A stretch of DNA of 64,000 bases from a virus. Taxonomy: Duplodnaviria > Caudoviricetes. Shown here piece after piece: positions 37,591 through 46,200 of the stretch. The stretch's first letter is position 1. The number at the start of each line of letters is the position of its first letter. The translations under genes were made by a program, and so were the position numbers. A model generated the notes under the pieces. It was not told the DNA's origin, ran no database searches, and saw nothing but the letters and a program-made list of their open reading frames with translations. Location: IMG/VR virus record IMGVR_UViG_3300047160_002318, positions 4,463-68,462 of that record. One strand, 5' to 3'.

Positions 37591-38451
37591 CTAGGCCGAC
37601 GCCGGGGCGGTCGGGCTCCAGATGACGGGGCGGACAGTGCGGAACAGCAGCGCGCGGCCCTGCACCGAGAAGTCGTCCGTCGCGGGAGCGGGCAGGCCGC
37701 CGCCGCTGCTGGACAGGAGCGCCCGGAGAATCTGGCCGTCGCTCACGAAGGCCAGCGGGCAGCGGTTGCGAACCAGGTCCCAGGACAGCTGGCCCTCAAG
37801 GTTGAAGCGGCCGGTATTGGCGAAGACCCTCCAGCCACGGCCGATGCCGGCCCCGGACAGGATGACGAACCGGGCGTTCAGCTGCTGGATGTCGACGGTG
37901 CAGGTGTAGCGGTCGACGCTCAGCTGCGCGTCCGCCGCGTTGAGGCCCTCGTGCCAGAGCACGACGTTGTTGTTGCCGCCGACGCTGCGGAACTTGTCCA
38001 CGTTGTTAGACAGCTGCACGTCAATCCAGCGGTTGAAGCCGATGGCACCGCGACCGCGCACGTCGTTCACGTTGATGCCGTCAATGTCGCTCAGCTGGAG
38101 GTCGAAGGTCCAGTTGGCGCACTGCACGGTCGGCGTGGGGGTGGGCGGCGGGGTCGGCGTCACGGTGATGGTCGGCGTGGGGGTGGGCTTGGGGGTCTTG
38201 GTGTAGCTCGGGGTCGGAGTCGGGTTGCCGTGGTAGGCAGTCAGGCTGGCCTCGTCCACGTTCACCGGCTTGCCGTCGCGGCCGACCCGGCACAGCGGGT
38301 TGACCTGAGGCGGCGGAGTGTGGGTGTACGTCGGGGTCGGCGTGGGCTGCACGCCGGCATGGGCAGACGGGGCGGTGAGCGCCACGCCGCCGGCCACAAG
38401 GGCCAGCGCGCCTACCGACGCGAACCAGCCGTACTTACTGCGCTTGGACAT
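37591..38451 (-). CDS. secreted protein with Pro/Thr-rich linker
   Basis: signal peptide ending SAHA; PTPTPT repeats. Confidence 0.75.
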   Translation of the reverse strand: MSKRSKYGWFASVGALALVAGGVALTAPSAHAGVQPTPTPTYTHTPPPQVNPLCRVGRDGKPVNVDEASLTAYHGNPTPTPSYTKTPKPTPTPTITVTPTPPPTPTPTVQCANWTFDLQLSDIDGINVNDVRGRGAIGFNRWIDVQLSNNVDKFRSVGGNNNVVLWHEGLNAADAQLSVDRYTCTVDIQQLNARFVILSGAGIGRGWRVFANTGRFNLEGQLSWDLVRNRCPLAFVSDGQILRALLSSSGGGLPAPATDDFSVQGRALLFRTVRPVIWSPTAPASA

Positions 38452-38602
38452 AAATGTCCCTTCCTAGAGGTCCCTGACCAGGAACGGAGCACGCTGAGGT
38501 AACGACCAGCCACCTTGCTACGCCCGCCCTTGGCTGTCACATGAAGCATGACTTTATACAGGGAACTCAGAGGCTCTCAACAGAACAGCTCAAGCTTGAG
38601 CG

Positions 38603-38678
38603 TGTATCCCGCCCCGTTCTTGATCAGGAAGCTGCTGACCTGCGGGTCGGCAGTCCCCCCGGGACGGGGCGGGATACA
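38603..38678. repeat. 15-bp perfect inverted repeat enclosing an internal hairpin
   Basis: TGTATCCCGCCCCGT / ACGGGGCGGGATACA around CTGCTGACC-TGCG-GGTCGGCAG. Confidence 0.8.
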
Positions 38679-38689
38679 TCACGGTTGAG

Positions 38690-39163
38690 TTACGCGACCT
38701 CATAGGCGGCGGTGGGTGCCCAGCTGCCAGGCCACCACCTGATCCACCCGACCGTCGTGCCGCTGTCGTGAGCGCCGAAGGACATGTCGTGCCAGACAGT
38801 GGCGAACTCCACGTGGCCGGTCCCGAAGAACAGGATGTCCCCGCGTCTTACATCAGACAAGGGAACCCTTATCAGGTGACGTGAGCCGAGCATGGCGTAG
38901 GTGCTGTGCGGCAGGTAGATGCCGACCTTGGCAAAGGCAGCAGAGACCAGGCCAGAGCAGTCGTACCCGTAGGGACCGGACCCTCCCCACACGTAGGGGT
39001 GGCCGGTAGCGTGGCTCTCGGCCCAGTTCAGCGCGGCGTTGTCCAGCGCACTGATCCTGTCCGGGGCGGCGGGCTGCGTCGTGGCGGCGAGCGCAGCCCG
39101 CGCCGGCATGAGAGCGAGCATGGCGATGAGAGCCGTGGCCAGCACGGCATACCTGGCCTTCAC
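38690..39163 (-). CDS. secreted NlpC/P60 peptidoglycan endopeptidase
   Basis: PYVWGGSGPYGYDCSGLV ... RGDILFF..GHV ... AH; signal peptide. Confidence 0.92.
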   Translation of the reverse strand: MKARYAVLATALIAMLALMPARAALAATTQPAAPDRISALDNAALNWAESHATGHPYVWGGSGPYGYDCSGLVSAAFAKVGIYLPHSTYAMLGSRHLIRVPLSDVRRGDILFFGTGHVEFATVWHDMSFGAHDSGTTVGWIRWWPGSWAPTAAYEVA

Positions 39164-39999
39164 TAGCAGCCGCCGCTCGCGGCCCAGGCAGAGTAGCCGG
39201 ACTGCGCCACCTGCTGGTAGTAAGCCTGGTTCTGCTCGGCCACGCTGGCGTTCTCGGGCAGTCCCGAGTGCCCCAGCGCGTGCCAGGTGGACGGCAGGAA
39301 CTGGTAGAGGCCGCCGGCCCCGCTGGACGGGTTGACCGCCCTGGCGTTGCCGCCGCTCTCGTCCGCGATGATGTGCGCCTGGCAGCCGCCGCTGCCGTGG
39401 TAGGTCCCGCCACCACTGCTGTAGGTCCGGTAGCTGTGCCGGGTGCCGCTGTAGACGCGCCGGGTCGTGCTCTGATAACCCGGGTTACCAGCGCCGTGCA
39501 GGTACTGGCACGGCATGTCGAACCCGTCATGGTCGCCATCACCGCAGGCGTGGTGCTGTCCGTCCCACGGGTCGCTGACAGCATAGTGCCTGGTTACCCG
39601 CGTTACGGTCTGGTAACCGCCGCCAGCGCTGGTGCAGCTGATCCTGACAGTCAGGCCGACCGGAACCAGATTCGGATTGGCGATCCCACCTGTGGCATGC
39701 CAGATGCCAGGCCAGTCTGCTGCGGTGCCGCAGTACATCTCGGACACCTTCGACAGAGAATCACCGCTGCGCAGGGTATATGTGCGGGCCTGTGCGGCGC
39801 GGTATGTTGCGTGCGGGGCAGCCTGCGTAGTCACACTGTCGTCAGCCATTACCTTGGCCGGGATCGGGCTCTCGACAGTAGCCGCATGCGCTAGAGGGAC
39901 ACTCAGGGCGAGTGAGCCGGCCAGCGTGGCGGGTGGAGCGGCTAGGCGGGCTGCCCGCCTTACACGGGCAGCCTTAGTATCTCGGCGGTGCCTTCCCAC
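39163..39999 (-). CDS. secreted LysM + Rpf-like transglycosylase
   Basis: MGRHRR signal; LysM YTLRSGDSLSKV..IANPNLV; IIADESGGN..NPSSGAGGLYQFLPSTW..SVAEQ. Confidence 0.9.
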   Translation of the reverse strand: MGRHRRDTKAARVRRAARLAAPPATLAGSLALSVPLAHAATVESPIPAKVMADDSVTTQAAPHATYRAAQARTYTLRSGDSLSKVSEMYCGTAADWPGIWHATGGIANPNLVPVGLTVRISCTSAGGGYQTVTRVTRHYAVSDPWDGQHHACGDGDHDGFDMPCQYLHGAGNPGYQSTTRRVYSGTRHSYRTYSSGGGTYHGSGGCQAHIIADESGGNARAVNPSSGAGGLYQFLPSTWHALGHSGLPENASVAEQNQAYYQQVAQSGYSAWAASGGC

Positions 40000-40198
40000 T
40001 GGACCTCCTCGGCCCGGGTACTCGGCGGCCGACCCACACGCGACAGGCCGCCTCCCCCGGGCGCACTCAGCAGCCGCCCGGGGCGGGCGGCATAACGGTG
40101 GGGTGAATTAATCACCACGAGACAGGAGAATAGACCTCGCCATCATTGCTTGTAGAGCCTTTCACCAGGTGAATCACGGATCAGTGACGGAGCCCAGG

Positions 40199-40447
40199 TC
40201 AGGGGGGCTTGGGTATCTTCCCGTAGCCCCGGCACTCCGGGCATGTGATGCGGCTGCCGGCCGGATTGCGCCTGGTCCTGTTGACGATGAGGTAGGTGTC
40301 GCCCCGGCACCGGCCGCACCGCACCCACCTGTTGACAGGCTTGTCGTCAGGCTTGGGCTCGTTGCGCCTGCGCCGCTTGATGGGCTCAGCCCACTTCTCG
40401 CAGCCGGGCACGTGGCCGCGCTTGGCCCCGCACTTGTCACACGCCAT
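40199..40447 (-). CDS. zinc-finger protein
   Basis: CDKC, CGRCRG, CPECRGYG. Confidence 0.7.
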   Translation of the reverse strand: MACDKCGAKRGHVPGCEKWAEPIKRRRRNEPKPDDKPVNRWVRCGRCRGDTYLIVNRTRRNPAGSRITCPECRGYGKIPKPP

Positions 40448-40449
40448 GC

Positions 40450-40638
40450 CTAGTGCTCACGGACGGAGCGCAGGCTCGGCAGCGGGCCAGGACGGTGGCA
40501 GCCGAACTTGTGCGGCCCGCCAGGGCGCTTGGGGCAGGCAGGGCAGCGGCCGGTGTGATAGCGCACCAGGGACCGCAGCCTGTCCTTCTCATAGCGCAGC
40601 CAGGCACGCTTGAACTGCCACCAGGTCGGTTCGTCCAT
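40450..40638 (-). CDS. small basic zinc-binding protein
   Basis: CPAC..HKFGC; GGAGG SD. Confidence 0.65.
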   Translation of the reverse strand: MDEPTWWQFKRAWLRYEKDRLRSLVRYHTGRCPACPKRPGGPHKFGCHRPGPLPSLRSVREH

Positions 40639-40661
40639 GTCCTTCCTCCCTCCGAAGACAG

Positions 40662-40704
40662 GACCGCCGCGCGGGCAGCCTCCCGAGAAGCCCGCGCGGC
40701 GGTC
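40662..40704. terminator. GC-rich 15-bp hairpin, probable terminator
   Basis: GACCGCCGCGCGGGC / GCCCGCGCGGCGGTC. Confidence 0.65.
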
Positions 40705-40719
40705 GCCTGAGAGCTAGGG

Positions 40720-41646
40720 CTAGTGCGCCCCAGCCGCAGGGCCGGCCAGCGTGAGCCAGGCCCCGATGCCGCTGGAAATGATGGTGAACGCCGCGCCGAA
40801 CAGCAGGACCCGGACGGCCCACACGCTGTGCTCCACGACCTCGGCCCCGGTGTCCAGCAGGTAGTGCACCCGCACCCGGTGCTGCGGCGTGCCCCACACG
40901 CGGGTCCGCAGCCTGTTCAGCCCGGTGTCATCCTTGAGCTTCGCTGCACTGCGCTCCGCGAAGAACCACTGCGCGGAGTCCGCCGGCCACCGGCTGGCGT
41001 ACTTGGCGAAGAACTGCGAGCCCAGCAGACCCATGAGGGTGCCGACCCATGCCCCGGCCGCGACCCAGCCGTTGGCCTCATTCGCCAGCGCGCTGCTGCC
41101 GGGAACGCTCAGCCCGTGCACCTGCAACCAGGGCACGAAGTGCACCAGCACGGCCACCACGGCGATGCCGGGGATGGCGTAGATGATGGCCATGAGCGGG
41201 GTGATGGCATACCGGAACCCGCTCGGGTCCTGCCCGGTGTCCGGGCGGCTCGGCTTCTGGAACATGAAGGTGATGATGACGCCGGCGATGAGGCCGATGA
41301 GCACGCCCCGCGCCAGGTGGCGCGGCTCGGTCCAGGACTCGTCTACGTGCTTGCTCATGAGCCAGGCCACCCAGGATGCGTGCACGCCCAGCAGGTTGAA
41401 GAACTTGCCCACGTAGTGCGGCAGGTGGTCCCACACGCGCTTCATGTACCACCACGTGTGGTACTGCCCCAGCGGGTACATGAAACCCCAGCCCACCTGA
41501 GTGACGGCGAAGTACCAGAAGTCGACGGCCCACTTGACGATGTGGCCGATGACCACGGCCCACCCGATGGACTCGATGCCCGCCAGGCTGAACAGCCTGA
41601 TTTTAGGCACGCCCGGCCGCTTGACGGCGACGGTCTCGGTGCTCAC
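40720..41646 (-). CDS. multi-pass membrane protein
   Basis: at least 5 hydrophobic segments. Confidence 0.75.
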   Translation of the reverse strand: MSTETVAVKRPGVPKIRLFSLAGIESIGWAVVIGHIVKWAVDFWYFAVTQVGWGFMYPLGQYHTWWYMKRVWDHLPHYVGKFFNLLGVHASWVAWLMSKHVDESWTEPRHLARGVLIGLIAGVIITFMFQKPSRPDTGQDPSGFRYAITPLMAIIYAIPGIAVVAVLVHFVPWLQVHGLSVPGSSALANEANGWVAAGAWVGTLMGLLGSQFFAKYASRWPADSAQWFFAERSAAKLKDDTGLNRLRTRVWGTPQHRVRVHYLLDTGAEVVEHSVWAVRVLLFGAAFTIISSGIGAWLTLAGPAAGAH

Positions 41647-42080
41647 TTGCTGCTCCCGGTGGTGGCGGGGCTAGGGGTGGTGCCCGGCACGGCCGGGTTG
41701 GCCTGCGCGTAGAGCACGACCTTCTGCAACCAGGCGTCACGGCCGGCCTTGTCATGGACGTAGCCGATTTTGAACGTGCTGATTGCGTACTGCTCGATGG
41801 CGGCGGTGTTGCCGTTCGGGAAGGTGGCCTGCACCGCAGCCTTGGCGGCGACCTTGGCGTTCTTGTAGGGGTGCGCGCCAGGGTGGTAGTTCTTCTGGAA
41901 GTTGGACCACAGCGCGTTCTCGGTGGTGCTCAGGTCCTGCTGGACGGTGGCGTTGCCAGTGACCCCGGCCACCGCGCTGTGGCCGGCCTGCACGGCGCTG
42001 CTCTTGCTGCTGCCGCAGGCCGCCAGGACGATGGCCAGCAGGGCTGCCACCGCCAGCTTGGCAAGTGTCTTGGAACTCAT
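41643..42080 (-). CDS. lipoprotein
   Basis: lipobox VLAAC after MSSKTLAKL; GGAGG SD. Confidence 0.8.
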   Translation of the reverse strand: MSSKTLAKLAVAALLAIVLAACGSSKSSAVQAGHSAVAGVTGNATVQQDLSTTENALWSNFQKNYHPGAHPYKNAKVAAKAAVQATFPNGNTAAIEQYAISTFKIGYVHDKAGRDAWLQKVVLYAQANPAVPGTTPSPATTGSSK

Positions 42081-42118
42081 GCTCTCTGCCTCCTTAACTA
42101 GGCTGTCTGTAGGCACAC

Positions 42119-42147
42119 ACTATAGACGCCTACTTGACCTGAGTCAA
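42119..42147 (-). promoter_or_regulatory. sigma70-like promoter with operator palindromes
   Basis: TTGACT-N17-TATAGT; TTGAC-TCAG-GTCAA and TAGGCGTCTA. Confidence 0.85.
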
Positions 42148-42435
42148 ATCGGACGGCAGCAGCTCCTCGACGTGCTCAGTCTCGGTGATCGTCACGTGCT
42201 CGGCACGGGCCTCATGGCTGCGGTACACGTCCAGGAGGTACTGGACGGCGTTGACCCACCCCTTTATCCGCTCGGGCCACTCCCCGGTGACCGGGTAAGC
42301 CCGGTGGTACGGGTACTGGTCCAGCCGCTCGGTGCGGCCGATATCCGTTCCCTCCCAGACGATGACCCACCACCTGGGCGGCATGGTGTCCCCTTCCACG
42401 CGCTTGCGGTGGATGCCTTTAGGGGTCTTGCGCAT
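42130..42435 (-). CDS. hypothetical protein
   Basis: 101-aa ORF; its 3' end runs over the downstream promoter. Confidence 0.6.
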   Translation of the reverse strand: MRKTPKGIHRKRVEGDTMPPRWWVIVWEGTDIGRTERLDQYPYHRAYPVTGEWPERIKGWVNAVQYLLDVYRSHEARAEHVTITETEHVEELLPSDLTQVK

Positions 42436-42450
42436 GCCGCCCAGGGTGGC

Positions 42451-42939
42451 TCAGCTCGCTTCCTGCTCCTCGTCCCCGACCTTCTCCAGCAGCCTCTGCT
42501 GGACCACGTACTCGTTGTAGGCGTCGATCAGGGACTTCGGATAGTAGTAGGAAGCGTGGCTGTTCCCGTCAGTGGGCTTGGTGGTGTAGTTCAGGTCCCG
42601 CGCGTCGGCCCACTCCCGCAGGTTCTTCAGGTACTCCCGGCGCTCCGGGCTGCCCCGGCGTCCCTGCCCGGCCGGCGGCTCGGTGCCGCTGCCGTTGCTG
42701 ATGGCTGCCTGCGCACCGCGCCGGTCCAGCGGACCCTTGCCAGCCTCGCCCTCAGGGGTGCGCCCGCACAGCCACCACGGGTCGAACATGGCGTGGAACT
42801 TCTCGACGTTGGGGTCGGACAGGTCCAGCTCCCGCCACTTGCCGTCGACGCCGATGAGCACGGTGTTCTCGGCGTGGACCTTGCGGCCCTCGTGGAGCAG
42901 GTCGTAGTCGTCCCACTCGGTGATGATGACTTCCTTCAT
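42451..42939 (-). CDS. lsr2: Lsr2-like nucleoid-associated/xenogeneic silencing protein
   Basis: TVLIGVDGKWRELDLSDPNVEKF (dimerisation) and LREWADAR...IDAYNE (DNA binding). Confidence 0.65.
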   Translation of the reverse strand: MKEVIITEWDDYDLLHEGRKVHAENTVLIGVDGKWRELDLSDPNVEKFHAMFDPWWLCGRTPEGEAGKGPLDRRGAQAAISNGSGTEPPAGQGRRGSPERREYLKNLREWADARDLNYTTKPTDGNSHASYYYPKSLIDAYNEYVVQQRLLEKVGDEEQEAS

Positions 42940-43367
42940 GACACCGGCACCTTCGGCTTGCTGGCTTTGGGCGCGGGCGTGGGCGGGGCCTGCGCCAGCA
43001 GGTCTTCCATGGACCTGCGGAACACTTCGCCCATGAAGTCGCGCGGGGTCAGCCCGGACCCCTTGGGCGCGGCGTAGCCGGGCGGCTGCTTGTAGACGTA
43101 GATGGTGTCCTTGTCGAACACGCCCTTGGGCAGCGTGGTGGTGGCCCGCTCCATCTTGCACACCGGGCAGACAAACGTGACGTTGTAGACGCCCTGACGC
43201 CGGTTGACCGGGTCGAGGCGGATGCCCCTGGGAATCTTCCCGGGCTTCAGCTTGGGCCAGCTATGGCCCTGGCTGCGGCATTGCGCGAACTCGTCGGAGA
43301 CGTGGAGCAGGAACTGCTCGGCCTCCATGTCCAGGGTGAGAGCCGGCACGGCGGTCAGCTCGACCAT
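42936..43367 (-). CDS. hypothetical protein with CxxxxH/CxxC
   Basis: QCRSQGHSW ... CPVC. Confidence 0.7.
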   Translation of the reverse strand: MVELTAVPALTLDMEAEQFLLHVSDEFAQCRSQGHSWPKLKPGKIPRGIRLDPVNRRQGVYNVTFVCPVCKMERATTTLPKGVFDKDTIYVYKQPPGYAAPKGSGLTPRDFMGEVFRRSMEDLLAQAPPTPAPKASKPKVPVS

Positions 43368-43663
43368 GAGAACTCCCTCAGTGCACTAGGGGCGCGGGCG
43401 TGCACATGTCTGCGATAGCCACTGCGCTGTCGGCGCGTGGTCCCGCCCCATATCCCATACGCCTCGGGCAGGGACAGCGCGTGATCAAGGCACTCCGCGA
43501 TGACCGGGCACTCCCGGCAGTACGCCCTGGCCTTCTCGACCCGGCGCTTCTCCGGGCCGCACGCCTCGGCGTACAGCGCATGACCGGGCGGCATGTCGTC
43601 GATTCCGCCGAACCAGATGTCGGGGTCGCTGCCCCCGCAGGCGGCGCGGCTCACCCAGTCCAT
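43355..43663 (-). CDS. whiB: WhiB family transcription factor
   Basis: W..RAAC..DPDIWF ... C.ECPV..ECL.HAL ... GIWGGTT..QR. Confidence 0.92.
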   Translation of the reverse strand: MDWVSRAACGGSDPDIWFGGIDDMPPGHALYAEACGPEKRRVEKARAYCRECPVIAECLDHALSLPEAYGIWGGTTRRQRSGYRRHVHARAPSALREFSWSS

Positions 43664-43671
43664 GTCCTTGA

Positions 43672-43944
43672 CTACGGCCGGGCGTCGACCACCAGCGTCT
43701 CGATCAGCTCCCCGGACATGTCGTAGCGGTGCAGCACCCGGCGCACGTCGGCACGGACCTTGCGGAGCCTCCGCATGCAATCCGCGCACGGCATCTCAAT
43801 CAGGTTGTCCGGGTGGACGAAGGAGGGCTGCCCGCCCGCCCTGTGCAGCAGGGCCAGGAGCTTGCCGGGGTGGCAGGTGCCGTCGTGCCGGGGGTACTCC
43901 ACCGGGCAGCGCAGCTCCACTACCTCTACGTCACTGACTGGCAT
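43672..43944 (-). CDS. small zinc-binding protein
   Basis: ELRCP..C ... CADC. Confidence 0.7.
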   Translation of the reverse strand: MPVSDVEVVELRCPVEYPRHDGTCHPGKLLALLHRAGGQPSFVHPDNLIEMPCADCMRRLRKVRADVRRVLHRYDMSGELIETLVVDARP

Positions 43945-45142
43945 TGCCCACCAGCTGCCCCAGCGTCGGTGGCCAGTCCCACCCGCTGCCGCCCGGCTTG
44001 CGCTTGCAGGCCAGCGCCTTCTCGCTGACCTCCGGGCCGGGTCCCTTGATGAGCGCGAGCCGGCGGAACAGCGCCTCGATGACCACCTGCCAGTCGCACA
44101 TCTTGGGGATGATCTCGGCGGCCAGCTCGGCCCTGGCCTTGGCCTCGGAACGGTGGGTCCAGATGTGCCAGATGACCTCGGCCAGGTGCTCCGGGCTGAC
44201 CTCGGCGTGGTGCGCGGCCCAGGGCTTGTCCTCGAAGGTGGGCACCAGCTCGTACCCCAGCGGGTAGGCGTAGTCCTCGCTGAGCCACTGCTCGGGTCCG
44301 CCGAAGTTGGTCACCGCGCAGGTCCCGCCCGTCGTCATCATCTCTAGTGCTGGCAGCAGCTTGCCCTCGCCCATGGACGGGGCCAGCAGCACGTGCCCGG
44401 CCGCGTAGAAGTCGTCCAGGTCCTGCTTGGGGAACGCGGAGGTGAAGACCTTAATCCCGCTCTTGGACTTGGCGAACGGCTCGTTCAGCTCGGGGAACAG
44501 GGTGCCGGGGGCGCTGGTGTGCAGGGCCAGCCTGGCTCCCTCGAACTCGCTGCCCTTCTCGAACTTGAGGTTCTGGAATGCCTGGATGGAGGTCCACGGG
44601 GCCTTGCGGCGGTTCAGCATGCCGTGCATGACGAACTGGAACCGCTCGCTGTGCCAATCCCGCTCCGTCTTCTTCCACAGCCGGGAGTCATACCCGCCCT
44701 GGAGCACCCCCAGGCGCGTCTTAGACGGCGTGTACGGGCTCAGCGCCTCCACGGTCACCTGGTCATACCCCAGCACCATGTCGAACCACCTGAGCCGCTT
44801 GGGCAGCGTGCTGCGGCCCCCGCAGTGCGGGACCAGGCCGGGCACCGGGCCGGGCTTGCCGGACGGCCACGGGCCGGGGCCGCCGGCGAACTCCCACATG
44901 GTCCAGGCCACCGCGATCCGGCTCATGCCGCGCGCCTCGCGGGTGATGAACAGCTGGCTCGGGTCCTGGTGGTTAATGAGCAGGTCGAACGGCGGGTCCA
45001 GGGTCTTGGCGAACAGCGACAGCAGGTCCTTGGGGATGGGCACGTCCACCCAGGTGGGCTGCGGGTACACGTCACAGCCCCACTCGTGCAGTGCCCGGAT
45101 GATGCCAAACCCGTCATTGCCATAAATAGCCGCTATACGCAC
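43931..45142 (-). CDS. glycosyltransferase (GT-B, GT4-like)
   Basis: NRRKAPW..IQAF; DDFYAAGHVLLAPSMGEGKLLPALEMM..G. Confidence 0.85.
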   Translation of the reverse strand: MRIAAIYGNDGFGIIRALHEWGCDVYPQPTWVDVPIPKDLLSLFAKTLDPPFDLLINHQDPSQLFITREARGMSRIAVAWTMWEFAGGPGPWPSGKPGPVPGLVPHCGGRSTLPKRLRWFDMVLGYDQVTVEALSPYTPSKTRLGVLQGGYDSRLWKKTERDWHSERFQFVMHGMLNRRKAPWTSIQAFQNLKFEKGSEFEGARLALHTSAPGTLFPELNEPFAKSKSGIKVFTSAFPKQDLDDFYAAGHVLLAPSMGEGKLLPALEMMTTGGTCAVTNFGGPEQWLSEDYAYPLGYELVPTFEDKPWAAHHAEVSPEHLAEVIWHIWTHRSEAKARAELAAEIIPKMCDWQVVIEALFRRLALIKGPGPEVSEKALACKRKPGGSGWDWPPTLGQLVGNASQ

Positions 45143-45254
45143 TAAATGGAGACTTCACCACCACTTTGAGCGACGGGACAGCGGACAATAGCATCACCCC
45201 CCTGTGTACCTGAGCCCTTGAGCGCGTCTGTTCCCACCTGTCCGCCCCGCCCGC

Positions 45255-45767
45255 CTAGACCCACCCTGAGAAGAAAACGGCATAGTACGCCGTGCCTCGC
45301 AGAATGTTATCCCCGTCAGGCAACGTCGAGATAACAGGTTCGGTCAGGAGCGTACAGGCCAGCGTCACCATGTCACCGAACAGCACCGCGTCCGGGTCGG
45401 TGCGCTGGAGCCGGAAGTGGATGGCGTTGAAGACGGACTGGCAGCGGTTCAGCGTGTAGATGCTGGACTCCGTGATGTTGTTGAGCTGGTCCCGCTCGGG
45501 ATCGGTCCACACGTCCACCCTCAGGCGTCGGAACCGCTGCGTGCCCAGCTGCGGGGGTGCCGTCCACCCGCCGCCGTCCCCCAGCACCACGGCGGATGAG
45601 CTGGTCGACTCGACGCGGGCCAGCACGCCGGCGTTGGCGTCGGAGAACAGCCACGGCTGCCCGGCGTTGGCCACGTTGGCGTCGTCAGCGGGGAAGGAGC
45701 CCAGCAGCTCCGTGACGTCGTCGAACTGGAGCAGGTACTGGACCCCTCCGGTGGCTACCGAATCCAC
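45255..45767 (-). CDS. tail terminator-like protein
   Basis: position after neck genes; RLRVDVW. Confidence 0.65.
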   Translation of the reverse strand: MDSVATGGVQYLLQFDDVTELLGSFPADDANVANAGQPWLFSDANAGVLARVESTSSSAVVLGDGGGWTAPPQLGTQRFRRLRVDVWTDPERDQLNNITESSIYTLNRCQSVFNAIHFRLQRTDPDAVLFGDMVTLACTLLTEPVISTLPDGDNILRGTAYYAVFFSGWV

Positions 45768-46195
45768 TAGTCGCCTCCCGACGCCCACTCCAGGCCCTCG
45801 GAAGGTGCATCGCCACCCTCCCAGTCGGTCACCCAGTCCCAGACCGCCTGCCGGACCCGCTTCTCGAACTCATGGCCACCCGGATCGAAGAAGTAGTGGC
45901 GGCCGGGGTAGGGGTGGTACTTGGTGGGCGCGTCTCCCCTGGCCAGCTCGTAGATGCCGGGGTAGCGATCGTAGGCGATGGTGCCGGTCCAGATGTCCCC
46001 GCCGAACTCGCTGTGCGGGTTGCCGCTGCCCTTGAGCTTGCCGGTGATGACGTGCACCCGCGTCTCGGTAATCCCGTATCCCAGCGCGAGCGCTCCCTCC
46101 ATCTCCATGAGCGTGCGGCCGACCGGGCCGACTTCCAGCCGGTCCAGCTCGAACCCTGCGCCGTGCGGGCCGTACAGCTCCACGTCGTAGACCAC
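45767..46195 (-). CDS. neck protein (HK97 gp10-like position)
   Basis: VHVITGKLKGSG ... YPGIYE ... HYFF. Confidence 0.6.
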   Translation of the reverse strand: MVYDVELYGPHGAGFELDRLEVGPVGRTLMEMEGALALGYGITETRVHVITGKLKGSGNPHSEFGGDIWTGTIAYDRYPGIYELARGDAPTKYHPYPGRHYFFDPGGHEFEKRVRQAVWDWVTDWEGGDAPSEGLEWASGGD

Positions 46196-46200
46196 GATGG

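Noticed and set aside
38140-38350. Short nucleotide repeats GGGGTCGG/GGCGTGGG
   Set aside because: Encode a Pro/Thr linker (PTPTPT) of a secreted protein.
40095-40115. GGGGTGAAT, a c-di-AMP (ydaO) riboswitch-like motif upstream of the Rpf gene
   Set aside because: It is on the non-transcribed strand and the other conserved elements are missing.
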